This document shows, piece after piece, positions 27,940-39,848 of a stretch of DNA of 64,000 nucleotides. The position numbers and the translations under genes were made by a program. Every line of letters starts with the position of its first letter. Positions within the stretch are counted from its first letter, which is position 1. The notes beneath the pieces are model-generated. The model did no database searches. It was not told the DNA's origin and saw only the letters and a list, made by a program, of their open reading frames with translations. This DNA is from Shigella phage TB004: sequence record MW822011; one strand, written 5' to 3'.

Positions 27940-29519
27940 TCTTTTACCTTAATTATGTAGTTTAAAGAAATGTTCCATGGACGTGTTTCATTTCCAATTA
28001 ATTCAGGACGATTTAATGTATATTTGGAATTTCGTTGTGATGCTGGGTCAATTTCATATCCATCATTGGTGAAGTATGAACGGTTATCCCAGTCAAGTCC
28101 TTTACGTGTACCAACAAAATTTGATCTACGGGTATTACCGAATGCTCCAGAATCATCATGCTCACCAAATCCGCCAGCGTGTTTATGATAAGACATCTGC
28201 TGTTTTTGTACTTCACCAACATATCCACCGGTACAACCTACACCTAATCTAGGCTTACCAAATTGGTCATTACCATTAACGTTTGGATTTGTTAAGTGAG
28301 AGCCACGACCAGAGCCACGAACAAAAAGACCACGCATATCAGGTAATCCAGGATTTGATGAGCTTCCGCCGTATCTTGTTCCAATTCTAGAAGCATATAA
28401 TGGGCAATCCGACGCTGAAACAGTTCCGCCATGACAGAAGCGCCAAGCATCACTAGGAAGACTATCTGCCGCCCACATCATAATAGCTCCGACAGGAATA
28501 GTTCTATCTATTTCATTCTGTGTTACAACACGCTTACCCTGAATATAACCACCGGTCATGTTAACTGTTCCGGTAATATTTGCTCCACCTGAAGCTATTG
28601 TGAGCGTATTATTAATGCGAAGTGTTCCATTAATCGTTTGACCACCTCTTTGGTGGATAACATCAGCATTCCAAGCTAATGCTGATGAAGCATCGCCTCC
28701 ACTCTGTGAGCCGGCAATTGTAGTTAATTTAACTACGCCTCTCATTGACGTTGTAGAACCACGACCATTAAGAGTTGCACCAGTAACCGCAACAGAAGCA
28801 TTATTCGAGTTAACTTCTGATTGTGTTCCTAATTTAATTACGCCTTTATATTCTTCAGTAGCAGTAGAATTCATGAACGTATAAGGAGAAATTGCATAGC
28901 CTTCTCTTAAAGTTCCTTGACGAACTTGAGCTACTGTCGCTAATTGAACAACACCTTGGGCCGATTCGGTAGCTGTGGATTCAGAAGGAGCGATTTGCGC
29001 AATTAGTTTAATAGCTAACTGCTGCGTTTTTAATGGAGTCATTGCAGTAGTATCATCTGCGCCAGCTAATGCTTGCGGTAGAGATGAAATTTTAATAACT
29101 CCATTTGATGATTCAGTTGAAACTCGTGTTTCAAAGGCATTATTAAGGGCAACAGTAAATTTAGCAGGAGTTATAGAAGATTCATTATTAACTCCAGCAA
29201 TCGCTTCATCATTGGTTGAATATCTTGTTAATCCGTAAACAGTTTCAGTTGCGTTTGGATAAGATAATCTTGTTGCTAACGTTGCTGGTGTAACTGCTTT
29301 GGTATTATCAGTTCCGTCAATAACTTCCTGTTCAGTGGCAAGAAATAAAATTCCTTTTGTTGTTGATGATGCATCAGGAACTCCATTTACACCAGCAGGA
29401 GAAATGGCTGCTATAGCAGCCTGAACATCAGTAATCTCTGCTGGAAAATTTGTGCCAGTTGGATCAAATTTTACATAGCGAGATTCATTAGAAACGTGTT
29501 GGTATGTATTATTACTCAT
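27936..29519 (-). CDS. 12: gp12 short tail fiber
   Basis: 527 aa. Confidence 0.9.
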   Translation of the reverse strand: MSNNTYQHVSNESRYVKFDPTGTNFPAEITDVQAAIAAISPAGVNGVPDASSTTKGILFLATEQEVIDGTDNTKAVTPATLATRLSYPNATETVYGLTRYSTNDEAIAGVNNESSITPAKFTVALNNAFETRVSTESSNGVIKISSLPQALAGADDTTAMTPLKTQQLAIKLIAQIAPSESTATESAQGVVQLATVAQVRQGTLREGYAISPYTFMNSTATEEYKGVIKLGTQSEVNSNNASVAVTGATLNGRGSTTSMRGVVKLTTIAGSQSGGDASSALAWNADVIHQRGGQTINGTLRINNTLTIASGGANITGTVNMTGGYIQGKRVVTQNEIDRTIPVGAIMMWAADSLPSDAWRFCHGGTVSASDCPLYASRIGTRYGGSSSNPGLPDMRGLFVRGSGRGSHLTNPNVNGNDQFGKPRLGVGCTGGYVGEVQKQQMSYHKHAGGFGEHDDSGAFGNTRRSNFVGTRKGLDWDNRSYFTNDGYEIDPASQRNSKYTLNRPELIGNETRPWNISLNYIIKVKE

Positions 29520-30175
29520 GCTGTTCTCTCAAAATGATAAAGTACTATTGGAGTTTGCTGATTATCTAAAGTTACAGTTTGTGCACCAAGCAAATTCCAT
29601 GTGCCATATCCAGGCTTAGATTCGGAAATAATTTCTTGGGAAATAGTTATTCCATATGTAGAATATGTGCTTAATACATGTTTCTGATTATCTAAATAAG
29701 TAACTTCTAATTTACTACCATCGGTTGGATGGTCTTTATATGAATTGATAGCAGTAAATGACGCAATAGCTTCTTGCAGTGCAACACGAACTTTGGCGAC
29801 AAACTCAATAGCTGTCATTCCAGTTGTTGCTGAAACTGGAAGACCAAATACTAATACAGTAACAGGAGAACCAGGAGGAAGCGAATCATCTGTCACAGTT
29901 CCTGAAAATGCCCAATAATCAGTTTGAGAAACACCCTCAGGAGAAACACCAGTTTTATTAGTAATAATTGTACCAACGTCTTTTATAGAAAAATTATGAA
30001 CATCATTAATAGCTGATTCTATGTTTGGTTCATAAAATCCTTTCGCTAATTGAGAAATTGTCACTGACCCAACTGATTGACGATTCATTACATCGATGTC
30101 GCCAGTTTTAGGTCTAAAACCAAGAAAATCGGCTAAGCGGGAAATAACTCCCGCTTTATTATTAAGTAAACTCAT
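29516..30175 (-). CDS. 11: gp11 baseplate wedge / short tail fiber connector
   Basis: 219 aa from [11 protein letters not shown] (ORF track extends upstream to 30193). Confidence 0.85.
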   Translation of the reverse strand: MSLLNNKAGVISRLADFLGFRPKTGDIDVMNRQSVGSVTISQLAKGFYEPNIESAINDVHNFSIKDVGTIITNKTGVSPEGVSQTDYWAFSGTVTDDSLPPGSPVTVLVFGLPVSATTGMTAIEFVAKVRVALQEAIASFTAINSYKDHPTDGSKLEVTYLDNQKHVLSTYSTYGITISQEIISESKPGYGTWNLLGAQTVTLDNQQTPIVLYHFERTA

Positions 30176-31983
30176 TATGCAATCCTTATCCAACGATAAA
30201 CTGTAATATATGGTTGAATGTTAGTTATTGATGTTGGCGGAGTGTGAGTAGAGTTAGTAGATGCTTTAGCTTCACGGTATTTCGTGTAAACTGGACCAGA
30301 TTCATCTGGATCGTATTGACATCCACCAACAATGACTGATCCATTTTCATCAACTATTAGAACTTCTTCATCTGTTTCAGTTGCAGGAAGATTAGCATTT
30401 TCCAACGTGACAGAAGTAGAACCACCTGTTCCGCCTGCAGTATGTGAAGGATTTCCACCCGAATCTAAATCGTTGTTATTTAGAGCAAAGTTAGGGTCCG
30501 AAATATCTTCATTCCATCCAACTAAAACTTTTCCTTGCCCAAATAATTTCCATGAGCCGAATCCCATATATGTAACAGGGTTATTTGGATTGACAGCGTT
30601 TTCATATATAGTTCCAATAGGATAAATCGTATCAAAGATATTTGAAACAGCATTAAATTCACGTTGATAGGATTGAACTGCTTCTACATTTGGCCAACCA
30701 ATTTTGTCGAAGTCTGTTAAATTTACATCACCGGAAATATCTACTCCTGGCCCTTGCGATACATAGAGATTATCAGTTTCATCAATAATCTCATCTTTTG
30801 TTAATAATGTGCCTAAATCATTATTAAACCAGGTGATATTGATAATGTCGCCATGCTCAAATACTCTATCGAAATGTAAAATTTCTGGTATGCCGTTTTC
30901 ATCAGTTTCAACTGAATAGTCGGTATGAGACTGTTCCCAAGTTCCACCCAAAACAGAGCATTCTACTTCATCGTCTGAATCAGCACCAACACAATGAAAT
31001 AATGGCATTCCAACTGTTCCAGCCAATTCTTGTAAAATTCCATTAAAACGAACCTCAAGAGAATTAGGATTAATAGGTTCACCTGGAATTAATCCAAAAG
31101 CTGAAAACGGAATTGATTTCATTGTTGATAAATCAGTAACGTAAATACTTCCTTCTAAAGAAGTTTTTGACGTTAATTTTGAATCTAACAATCTAATTTG
31201 ACGTCTTGTATATGAACTTCTCCACTGCGATACACCATCCATAAATGTTTCAATTTGAACAGTGTCACCAATATTACAAGGCTGTCTTAATCGAATATTA
31301 AATCCATCAAGAGGAACTAGTTCTCCTTCATTTTCGCCCGGAGAGCCAAAATCGCTGTTTTCGCTAAACACATCGCCGTAATACAATTCGTTACCACGAT
31401 GTTTTACTCTGATGTTATTTACATTATAACTGGTTCCACGGAAAACATCTAAAAAGTCTGTTTGTCCTTGAACTTCGACTAAAAATTCTTTACGAGCTAC
31501 ATTACTAATGTCTGAACTGGTAATTTTGTCAATTTGCTTATTTTTGACATATTCCCAACGTCCTGGGGCGCAATACACTAATTCCAAATCACTGAATTGA
31601 ACATTAATTTCAACTGGTACTGCAGACCCTTTAATCGTATCGCCGGAAGCAGCTACTAGTGTAACTGGGTTGACGTTCCATGTAGCAAATACGTCTCTAG
31701 CTCTAATTACCTTGTTGTAATCATTAACTGTACCCTTTGGAAGATTTATAGTTACTCTTCCAGAAGAGGTATTAATAGCGTATGATTTTCCCCACTCAGC
31801 TTTTAATGTTTGACCAGATGAAGCATCATAAGTTTTCCAGGCACCGGCTGAATATGGAACATCTCCATCACCAAGCTCGTAATAAAGCTCATCAAAGTTT
31901 TCATTTATTTTTATACCACCTTTACGCAGGTAGTCACCGGTACCATCATCTACAACATTACCGATATTAATATTTTGTTTCAT
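30175..31983 (-). CDS. 10: gp10 baseplate wedge
   Basis: 602 aa. Confidence 0.9.
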   Translation of the reverse strand: MKQNINIGNVVDDGTGDYLRKGGIKINENFDELYYELGDGDVPYSAGAWKTYDASSGQTLKAEWGKSYAINTSSGRVTINLPKGTVNDYNKVIRARDVFATWNVNPVTLVAASGDTIKGSAVPVEINVQFSDLELVYCAPGRWEYVKNKQIDKITSSDISNVARKEFLVEVQGQTDFLDVFRGTSYNVNNIRVKHRGNELYYGDVFSENSDFGSPGENEGELVPLDGFNIRLRQPCNIGDTVQIETFMDGVSQWRSSYTRRQIRLLDSKLTSKTSLEGSIYVTDLSTMKSIPFSAFGLIPGEPINPNSLEVRFNGILQELAGTVGMPLFHCVGADSDDEVECSVLGGTWEQSHTDYSVETDENGIPEILHFDRVFEHGDIINITWFNNDLGTLLTKDEIIDETDNLYVSQGPGVDISGDVNLTDFDKIGWPNVEAVQSYQREFNAVSNIFDTIYPIGTIYENAVNPNNPVTYMGFGSWKLFGQGKVLVGWNEDISDPNFALNNNDLDSGGNPSHTAGGTGGSTSVTLENANLPATETDEEVLIVDENGSVIVGGCQYDPDESGPVYTKYREAKASTNSTHTPPTSITNIQPYITVYRWIRIA

Positions 31984-32849
31984 TATTGAGCCACCCCGAT
32001 TTTCTGCGTAGCGATAACTTTAACTGCTGCTCTCATACCGACAGTTGAAGAACTTATAGTCGCCGTTACATAATTTTCTTTAATACTAAATGCAATATTA
32101 GCGATTTCGTCTTCTTCGGTTTCATTCCCAACTCGCATGACAGCATATTCAGAAGAAATGACCTCTGAATTAACAGTATCCACAAGAATATTTATTTCTG
32201 CTGTTTTAATTTTTCTTCCATCTACTGATTGGCACGTAACTAACAATTTAGCCATATTGTATTCAGTACGATGAAATAGTGGAATATCAACTGATCCAGA
32301 TGTAGAAATATTCCATGTACCTTCAGCTGGTGATTCCTTTTGTCCAAACATGCTTTCAATAGAATAATTCCAAACCGATGTAGAATTATCAGATGAAATA
32401 CAACGTAAAGTTACTTTACTATATGGGCTAGTTACTACTAAATTACCTGAAACACCTTTAATTGAATCAATGGCTTGAATTGTTAAAGGATTAGTAACTG
32501 ATATTGATCCATTTGAGTTAATAAATTCAACACAGTCGCCAAGTTCGCCTCTTTCAATGATAACTTTAACACCTACAGTAGAAGTATCAATATCGTGCCT
32601 AGTGCCAACTTTTACTGGAGTTGCGTACTCTGCAATAGAGTGTTTTTGATAATATCCAGTAGCATGGATAATTTGGCCATCTGCTCCAGTTCCATTTGCT
32701 ACTGCCATTTTACGTTGATCGCCAAACGCATTATAAATTGCGTTAAAATCACTATTAATTTTATTACCACCGTCGAATAAGATATCACCAGTAGAAGCGT
32801 TACCAATTTCGCCGGTATCAATCAATTTCTTTGGTTCTTGAATGAACAT
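31983..32849 (-). CDS. 9: gp9 baseplate wedge, long tail fiber socket
   Basis: 288 aa. Confidence 0.9.
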   Translation of the reverse strand: MFIQEPKKLIDTGEIGNASTGDILFDGGNKINSDFNAIYNAFGDQRKMAVANGTGADGQIIHATGYYQKHSIAEYATPVKVGTRHDIDTSTVGVKVIIERGELGDCVEFINSNGSISVTNPLTIQAIDSIKGVSGNLVVTSPYSKVTLRCISSDNSTSVWNYSIESMFGQKESPAEGTWNISTSGSVDIPLFHRTEYNMAKLLVTCQSVDGRKIKTAEINILVDTVNSEVISSEYAVMRVGNETEEDEIANIAFSIKENYVTATISSSTVGMRAAVKVIATQKIGVAQ

Positions 32850-32873
32850 AGCGGTTTCCTTATGAGTTTATAG

Positions 32874-32881
32874 TATTTATA
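32874..32881 (-). promoter_or_regulatory. late promoter upstream of gene 9
   Basis: TATAAATA on minus strand. Confidence 0.55.
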
Positions 32882-32889
32882 AAGAAAAA

Positions 32890-32907
32890 GGGAGCCCATG
32901 GGCTCCC
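32890..32907 (-). terminator. palindromic stem-loop between genes 8 and 9
   Basis: GGGAGCCCATGGGCTCCC perfect palindrome. Confidence 0.5.
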
Positions 32908-32912
32908 TTAAG

Positions 32913-33917
32913 TTAAAATGTAAACAGAATATTGATTTCTTCTGTTTGATCCATTGCCATGATAATAGGTGGCCTATTTTCCATATAAATCATTTCGCCC
33001 GAATGCCTCATTAAATCTTCCGGATCATAATAATCCTTTTCAGCTTTAACGTTTGGGTCATTTGGATGAGCTTTAGCTTCAAGAGGATTCGTGATTATTG
33101 ATATTTGCCTAAATCCTTTATTTCCCGGCAGTGCAGCTTCAGGAAAATAAACTGAATCTAAATATGCTTTAAAACGGATAGTATTTGCCTTAACACGGTA
33201 AATTAATCCAAAATCATCTTGTTGCCAAGTGAGGTTATCTTCATACCCCCATCTAGTCGGGTCTTCTTTTAATTCTTCCGGCCAAGGAACCACGATATAT
33301 TCATTCGTACATCTATTTATAGATACATCAGGCGGAATCTCAAAAAGATATTCCCATACATACCCGTCTCCAGGTTCGATTGTTCCTTCCGCGTCTCCTC
33401 GACCTTCAGGAGGAGTCATTGACCTAGCAGAAGGAGTCCATTTTCCACCTAACTTAAGGCATTCATCCTTATTAGTTAAAGACTCAATTGAACACATTCC
33501 TGTGTCAGGAACATCTAAACAGCGATATACTAACCAGCCTGCGCCTGATTCGGTAGCATTGTAAGGAGCTGAGTTACATACTACAATATCGTTAATTCTA
33601 AATGTGTATGGATCCGGATATCTAGTATCTCCCCAATCTCTACGAGGAATAACTGCATCGAGCATAGATGGAAGAACCTTTACAGTTCCCATCATATGAG
33701 TCCACATGTCAGTTACACCTAATACAGAATCGGTGGGATAAGGTGGGGCAAATCCCACCTCATTTTCATTTGATGACCATGGTTCTGATCTTCCAAATGT
33801 GATAAAGATAGTGTTTTTATCCGGACCACTTCCAATTGAATTATAAAAATTCAACATTTTTTCTGTTCTAAATTTTGAAGTAACTATCGCACGATAGATA
33901 ACACTTGAATCATTCAT
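32913..33917 (-). CDS. 8: gp8 baseplate wedge
   Basis: 334 aa. Confidence 0.9.
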   Translation of the reverse strand: MNDSSVIYRAIVTSKFRTEKMLNFYNSIGSGPDKNTIFITFGRSEPWSSNENEVGFAPPYPTDSVLGVTDMWTHMMGTVKVLPSMLDAVIPRRDWGDTRYPDPYTFRINDIVVCNSAPYNATESGAGWLVYRCLDVPDTGMCSIESLTNKDECLKLGGKWTPSARSMTPPEGRGDAEGTIEPGDGYVWEYLFEIPPDVSINRCTNEYIVVPWPEELKEDPTRWGYEDNLTWQQDDFGLIYRVKANTIRFKAYLDSVYFPEAALPGNKGFRQISIITNPLEAKAHPNDPNVKAEKDYYDPEDLMRHSGEMIYMENRPPIIMAMDQTEEINILFTF

Positions 33918-36900
33918 CTATTTTAACCTGTGTTGGATTTTCAGGGTCTCTTGGATTTCCTATATTATCTTTTAGACGTTTATTAACTAAATCTCTAAAT
34001 TGCGCAAATGTTGTTCCAGATGCATCAAATAAAGGACTCATTAATTTGCGTCGTTCAGATGGCAATTGACCTTGAAATATTGAATTATTATTTTCAGCAT
34101 TATAGTCATCAGGAAGAGGATATTTTACACCAGCCATTGGGCCAGGTTCATAAATTGCTTCGCCTGTTACCGAATCATGCTCAATTTCACCGGTTGGAGT
34201 TAATTTAGCTACTCTATCAGCATATTCAGTAGGCAATCCAGAATCCCATTTGTAGTTTTTGTATTTATTAATTATAGTCTCTGTGTGTTTAAGAGTTAAA
34301 CCAACATTAATAAACATTGTTAAAAGAGTAATTGCTATAAATCCAAATCCTACTGGATGAACAAAACGAATAACGTCAGATTTCCAGCGGGAAGAAGGTA
34401 AATTGGATTTAATTTTCATTACATAATATGATCTACTTCTATTAATATAGTCTATATTATTTTGAAGCAAATCCTTCCCTTTAACCCCGCGAATAATTTC
34501 GCCTTCAAAACTAGGGAGTCTTTCTGCTTTAACTTCTTGACCGGCAATTAATCTTCCCAAAAGATTATGAATAGTTACGGTCCATTGCAATTTACCGTTA
34601 GAATAACTTCTTTCTATATAAGTAACATTACATCTTCCTGTGGCTGTATAAATCGTTTGTCCTACTAAGTCTTCAGTCAAAGAATCAGATTGAACGATTA
34701 TATCATATTCAGTACCAGCCCCAGATTCAATTTCAATTTCAACCTCTTCATTATAAAGAACTTTAAAAAGAAATTTGTATGATGCTTCAATTCCTTTAGT
34801 AGAATAAAAATCATAGCTACGTGATTCAAAAAATCTTGCAACAGCATCACGTTTGTCAGCATTTAAATAAATGTTTCTTTTATATATCTCTGACCACAAA
34901 TATTCCCATGCATGCTCTTCTCGTGGATATTTGTTACGAATTAAATTTCGTAAATTGTTATACTGAGTTCCATATCCATCAGAAAGATATTGAATATATG
35001 CTTCGCAAAATGCTTCAAAATTCGAATCCTGTAACAAATAAGAATCAGGCATCATTGTGCCAATCAACGGTCTTAAATCAGGGTCAGCTAATCCACGCTC
35101 TTCTTCGGGCGACCAAGGAGTTTCATGCTCTTGGTTTTGTAAAAATGCTTTTAAAAATACTTCAGTTGGCTTCCAAATAATTTCGACAGTGTCTCTAACA
35201 CGATAGTTAAAATCATAGTAAGAAATTATTTCACCAGAGGCTTTATAGAAAAGCATCCCAGATGCATATTTTTTAAATCCAGTGAATTTAACATTTGGCA
35301 TTACTATAGTGCAATCGCCATCGTCCCAATATTCATGAACTAATCTATCTGGTGATGTTTCCGGAATATTTTCTATAACTTTAGTGTATTTTAAATCAGC
35401 ATAAACTACTACAACCCTATCAGAGTTGTTTATCCAACAACGTGTGTTAGATTTTTTAGACCAGTTAAAGAATGGTTCAGCGTAGTATTTCATCGGCTGA
35501 GGAGTAAAAGTTTCCCAATCAGACTTTTCATCTGCTATAAATGCCATCATATGATAATGCTTATCAGCTAGCCATTCACGAGGAAATTCATATTTAACGG
35601 CACCGATTAACTGATATTTTGCTGCAGTTTCAGGGTCATTAACAACATTATCACTTAAAAATTTAAAATTACTCGATGATAGAGAAACTAATTTACCATC
35701 AGTTGACATATTCGCATACCCTGGTTGAATACGTCTTCTTTCTTCTTCAGTGTTGCCAAAAACTCTTTTCCATGTTTTTGTGTCATGATTTAAAACATAT
35801 ATTCCTTTATCAGCAGAATCAATTATTTTTGATGTTCTAGGATTAGCATTTAATGTTTCAACTTCACCAATAATAAGAGCAAAAACTTTATCACCGACAG
35901 AATCCATTTTATAGCATACTGCTTTAGGATTTCCGGTTATAGTCATTGTATCAGGTTCAAAAAGTCTTTCCGAATATGTCGGAGATAATGGATCAGAATC
36001 TATAGGTGCATTACTAGTTTTTATGTATCTAACTTTGTCTCTGGCGACAACGTAAATGTAATCATCGGTGCAAGTAATAGCTTCTGCAATACGGTATACA
36101 TTCGCCGGTAAAGTCGCGTAAGTAGCAAAAATTTCTACATCAAATCCTAAATGTAATTGGTCGCCAAGTTTAGCGAATGTTATATCCTGAGAACTAAATC
36201 TGACATCATCAGCTGACCATCTAACATCAGTCGATTTGCGGCCATAGAAAATCTTGTCGTATCCTAGAACGTATGTTGTGTTCGCAGATTGGTAATATAC
36301 TGTCTTAGATAAAGGATATCCTACGCGGTCATTGAAGAGCTTTACAGCTTTCCAAGTTTGTCCTTTATCATTGGATACTTTAACTACAGGTTGATAACGC
36401 TCAAAAAGGTATAAAATCCCTTCTGATTCCATCAAATAAACTCGGTTAATATCCTTACATACTTGCTGAATAGAACCTTGTATTTCATGATACTCATTTT
36501 CACCAATAATAAAATTGCTTATTGATGAAACGTCAACATATGATGGGCTGAACTGAAATGATTCATTCATTAATGCAGCCATTATAGTGTCATTATTAAA
36601 ATTGACATAATCAGAATTATTAAGAGTAAATTTTTCCTGAATGAATTTATTAGCTAATTGCATTTCAATCATGTTTTGAAATGTATAAGCATTTGTAGCA
36701 AAAGTTTCAAACTCTTCGGTATAAATCCAATCAGACTGCTCAAAATCTTGTGCAGCTGTAGCTACTCTAATAACGTATGATGTCAATGGGTCAGCATCAT
36801 CAAAAAAGAAGCTGTTATTTGCAGTATATCCTAAGTTAATCCATCTGTATTGATTACTCGGGAGATTTTCCCCCGAGTTTGTTTTTGTCTCAGCGATTTC

Positions 36901-37008
36901 TACAAAATAGTAGAAATTAGCACCAACGTCATCCCAGCGTACTTGCACCTGATTTGCGGATAACTTGGAAATTCTGAGACTAGTGACTGAAGGTGCTTTT
37001 ACTGTCAT
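33910..37008 (-). CDS. 7: gp7 baseplate wedge initiator
   Basis: 1032 aa. Confidence 0.9.
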   Translation of the reverse strand: MTVKAPSVTSLRISKLSANQVQVRWDDVGANFYYFVEIAETKTNSGENLPSNQYRWINLGYTANNSFFFDDADPLTSYVIRVATAAQDFEQSDWIYTEEFETFATNAYTFQNMIEMQLANKFIQEKFTLNNSDYVNFNNDTIMAALMNESFQFSPSYVDVSSISNFIIGENEYHEIQGSIQQVCKDINRVYLMESEGILYLFERYQPVVKVSNDKGQTWKAVKLFNDRVGYPLSKTVYYQSANTTYVLGYDKIFYGRKSTDVRWSADDVRFSSQDITFAKLGDQLHLGFDVEIFATYATLPANVYRIAEAITCTDDYIYVVARDKVRYIKTSNAPIDSDPLSPTYSERLFEPDTMTITGNPKAVCYKMDSVGDKVFALIIGEVETLNANPRTSKIIDSADKGIYVLNHDTKTWKRVFGNTEEERRRIQPGYANMSTDGKLVSLSSSNFKFLSDNVVNDPETAAKYQLIGAVKYEFPREWLADKHYHMMAFIADEKSDWETFTPQPMKYYAEPFFNWSKKSNTRCWINNSDRVVVVYADLKYTKVIENIPETSPDRLVHEYWDDGDCTIVMPNVKFTGFKKYASGMLFYKASGEIISYYDFNYRVRDTVEIIWKPTEVFLKAFLQNQEHETPWSPEEERGLADPDLRPLIGTMMPDSYLLQDSNFEAFCEAYIQYLSDGYGTQYNNLRNLIRNKYPREEHAWEYLWSEIYKRNIYLNADKRDAVARFFESRSYDFYSTKGIEASYKFLFKVLYNEEVEIEIESGAGTEYDIIVQSDSLTEDLVGQTIYTATGRCNVTYIERSYSNGKLQWTVTIHNLLGRLIAGQEVKAERLPSFEGEIIRGVKGKDLLQNNIDYINRSRSYYVMKIKSNLPSSRWKSDVIRFVHPVGFGFIAITLLTMFINVGLTLKHTETIINKYKNYKWDSGLPTEYADRVAKLTPTGEIEHDSVTGEAIYEPGPMAGVKYPLPDDYNAENNNSIFQGQLPSERRKLMSPLFDASGTTFAQFRDLVNKRLKDNIGNPRDPENPTQVKIDE

Positions 37009-38987
37009 TGTGATATAGGCTCCAAATCGATAGTTAAGTATTGTGGACGTAAGTCATTTTCAAATACAATCAGTGAACCATCGCGAGTAAAGATAACATC
37101 ATCGGTTGGGTCAGAATATAATTCAATAGTCTGAACTTCAAATTTTTCAGATGTTAAATTAATTTTAGCGATATTCCAATAAATCACATCAGCTGGGTAA
37201 TTTATTTCACCGATAACATAGTATTTGTCGCGTCCATCAGAATTTGCTAATTTGTTAAAATCGTTGCCTGTATATGGCTGAATGTTTTCATTTTCTGTAA
37301 CATCGCCAGAAGCAAATGGACCAATAATAACTTTACCAATTCCTTTAGAATCTCGGTCTGTTGATACTATGCGAACGTCATATAATACATCTTCTTCTAA
37401 ACCAGTATCAGGATTCACAACCTTTCGTCCAGAATTAAATGAAAACGTATTAGATTCCATAGAACGATCTTTTATTTGATTATTGTATTTAATACCTGCT
37501 TCAGGCGTTTTATAGAAGTTTTGTACTTCACGAACAATTTGAATTGTCGCTGATGAACCAATGATAGAATGATCTGCATCATCTACATATGTCAACATCT
37601 TAGATTTAGCGAAAGATGAGTTAAAAATTTCTACGTCTTCGGTATAATAACGATCAATTTTATCAATTATTTGACCTTCAAGCCACTGTTCGGATTCTTG
37701 CAACTTATTTAAAGCATATGTGACTTTTAAATTAGTCTTAATAAAAAGATAATTAGGAGAAATAATTGATGGCGTAATAGGAGCTAAATTATAGTCTTTG
37801 AGATAATTTTTAATATCTTCGCGTTGTACAGTAGTTAAATACAACCCTGATTTAGGTTTAGCAGCAATAAATGCATAACCAGGTTTAGTAGAATCAGTGA
37901 AAGTCTGAACTGCTTGAATAATAGAACCAAATCTCTCTGAAACGAATGTATCATAGTCAGTCGCAGTTACGCAGCGTTGCTGGGTTTCGCGTTTAATAGT
38001 ACCCAATTCGCGAATACGCTCAATATCTTCTGGATCGCCGCCGCCATCTGCCCCAACAAAATCTGGGTCATCGTTTGGATTTTCATTAATGTTGATGACA
38101 GTTATATTTGTCAATGTATCTGCATATGAAAATCCGACAGCGCCATTCGCATCTGCGCCGTTAGTACTGATGTACTCAATAACAATCGTAGAGTTCTGGG
38201 TAGGTTTAAGACCCCCAATATAATTAGCAGTCAATGCTCCTTCTGCCGCATTAACAGAAATCTCACCTTCACCAAAATAAAACTCAGTATTTCCATCAAT
38301 AGTTTCACGCATGTAGTAAATTGTTGATGTAGAACCAGCATGAACCATTGACTTTCTTGTCCAGTTAATCCATTCTGCTCCATCAACGTATAGTTTAACT
38401 TGGTTTCTATCTATATTTTTGTCATAAATGATAATAGGTGTTAATTTATCATAAATGATTTCAGTTCTTACTATACGTCCCTGGGCCAATTTTAAACGCG
38501 GAAAATATTGGTTATTTTTATCGCGAATAGCAATAACATCTTCGGTAGAGACAAAGTTATAAGGATTAACTGAAGTATCTTTTGCATATGCTAAAAAGCG
38601 AGTACCACGAGGAATAGTAATGTAATTTCTATTCAATGCGTCTGTACAAGTTAGCATAATTTCAGTTTGAGCAGCTGATTTTGAAGTAGGTAAATATCCA
38701 TTATCTTGTGCAGCTTGAACTACTGAACTGCGCAAATTAGCAGTACGCATAAAGCTTTCATATACGGCAGCATTACCAAACTGCTGAATGTATAATGTAT
38801 TATAAGCCAAAAGGTCGCACAGAACGTTTAATCTTGAGCCTTCAAAATCATAATCCAAAAATTCATTTTGGCCATTAAGCCATTCAATGAGGTTTTGTTT
38901 TATTTCAGCAAATGTACCCCCGACGAATATCTCGGGAATAGCATTTGCTGTTCTTGTTAATTGATAATTTACAGGGGTATTTGCCAT
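37005..38987 (-). CDS. 6: gp6 baseplate wedge
   Basis: 660 aa. Confidence 0.9.
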   Translation of the reverse strand: MANTPVNYQLTRTANAIPEIFVGGTFAEIKQNLIEWLNGQNEFLDYDFEGSRLNVLCDLLAYNTLYIQQFGNAAVYESFMRTANLRSSVVQAAQDNGYLPTSKSAAQTEIMLTCTDALNRNYITIPRGTRFLAYAKDTSVNPYNFVSTEDVIAIRDKNNQYFPRLKLAQGRIVRTEIIYDKLTPIIIYDKNIDRNQVKLYVDGAEWINWTRKSMVHAGSTSTIYYMRETIDGNTEFYFGEGEISVNAAEGALTANYIGGLKPTQNSTIVIEYISTNGADANGAVGFSYADTLTNITVININENPNDDPDFVGADGGGDPEDIERIRELGTIKRETQQRCVTATDYDTFVSERFGSIIQAVQTFTDSTKPGYAFIAAKPKSGLYLTTVQREDIKNYLKDYNLAPITPSIISPNYLFIKTNLKVTYALNKLQESEQWLEGQIIDKIDRYYTEDVEIFNSSFAKSKMLTYVDDADHSIIGSSATIQIVREVQNFYKTPEAGIKYNNQIKDRSMESNTFSFNSGRKVVNPDTGLEEDVLYDVRIVSTDRDSKGIGKVIIGPFASGDVTENENIQPYTGNDFNKLANSDGRDKYYVIGEINYPADVIYWNIAKINLTSEKFEVQTIELYSDPTDDVIFTRDGSLIVFENDLRPQYLTIDLEPISQ

Positions 38988-38995
38988 TTTAAATC

Positions 38996-39289
38996 CTATT
39001 TAATGAATACTTTAGATGATGCCTGAGCCACAGTATCACCGCATGATATTGGATCAGCCATTTGAACAGCTTTCTTTCCAGTGACATATACCTTAGAAGT
39101 TCTAGGTTGTGTCACTCCGCCATGTGTTTCATATGGCTTTTTAATTTCTGTATGTTCTGTAATTGGATCACCTGCCACGAGAACAGCAATTCCTCCAGTG
39201 AATACTTTACTTTGTGTGGCATTCACAACCGTTGGAGGCCACGCTTCATGGCCAGCAGTAACACACTTATCATAACTTAATCCTGACAT
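38996..39289 (-). CDS. 5.4: gp5.4 PAAR-repeat spike tip protein
   Basis: 97 aa, PAAR-like Cys/His pattern. Confidence 0.8.
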
Positions 39290-39848
39290 TTATGGCCCTC
39301 TCATACACGTAGCTTCTCAATTTATTAGCCCAACGACTCCAATTTCCAACTATAGTTTTTGTGTAATTTTTAACAAGAGTTTTTCTTATTGGAGCTGGAG
39401 GATTCGTTGGTTCAGTAGTATCAGAAGATGACCTAGAATTACTGCCAGAACCTCCAGATTCACTTTGTTCTTGGTAGTCATATATTAATGTTACTTCGTA
39501 AGTGAATGTCTTCTGGAGGTTTTGAGGAGCTTTCCATAGATATAACTGAGTGTTAGAATCAGTTGGAAGGTCTTCCCATGAAGCAGCGGTTTTAAATTCA
39601 TTATCTAAACGATATTTCAACGCATCATTTCCAAATCCAAATACAGATTCATACGTTCCATATAAACGATTTTCTTCTACTAAAACCCCAGGAGTTTCTT
39701 CGTAACTAGTTATATTTATAGATACTAACGTTTCACCTGTTTCTAATTGAGCGGTAAAGGTGACGTCGATAGAAGAACCTTCCATGGATTCTCCTAAATC
39801 AGCGCTCATTGGAAGTATATTAGCCAATGTCAATCCTCGATCCATCAA
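39270..39848 (-). CDS. hypothetical protein (gp5.1 position)
   Basis: 192 aa ORF between gene 5 and 5.4. Confidence 0.6.
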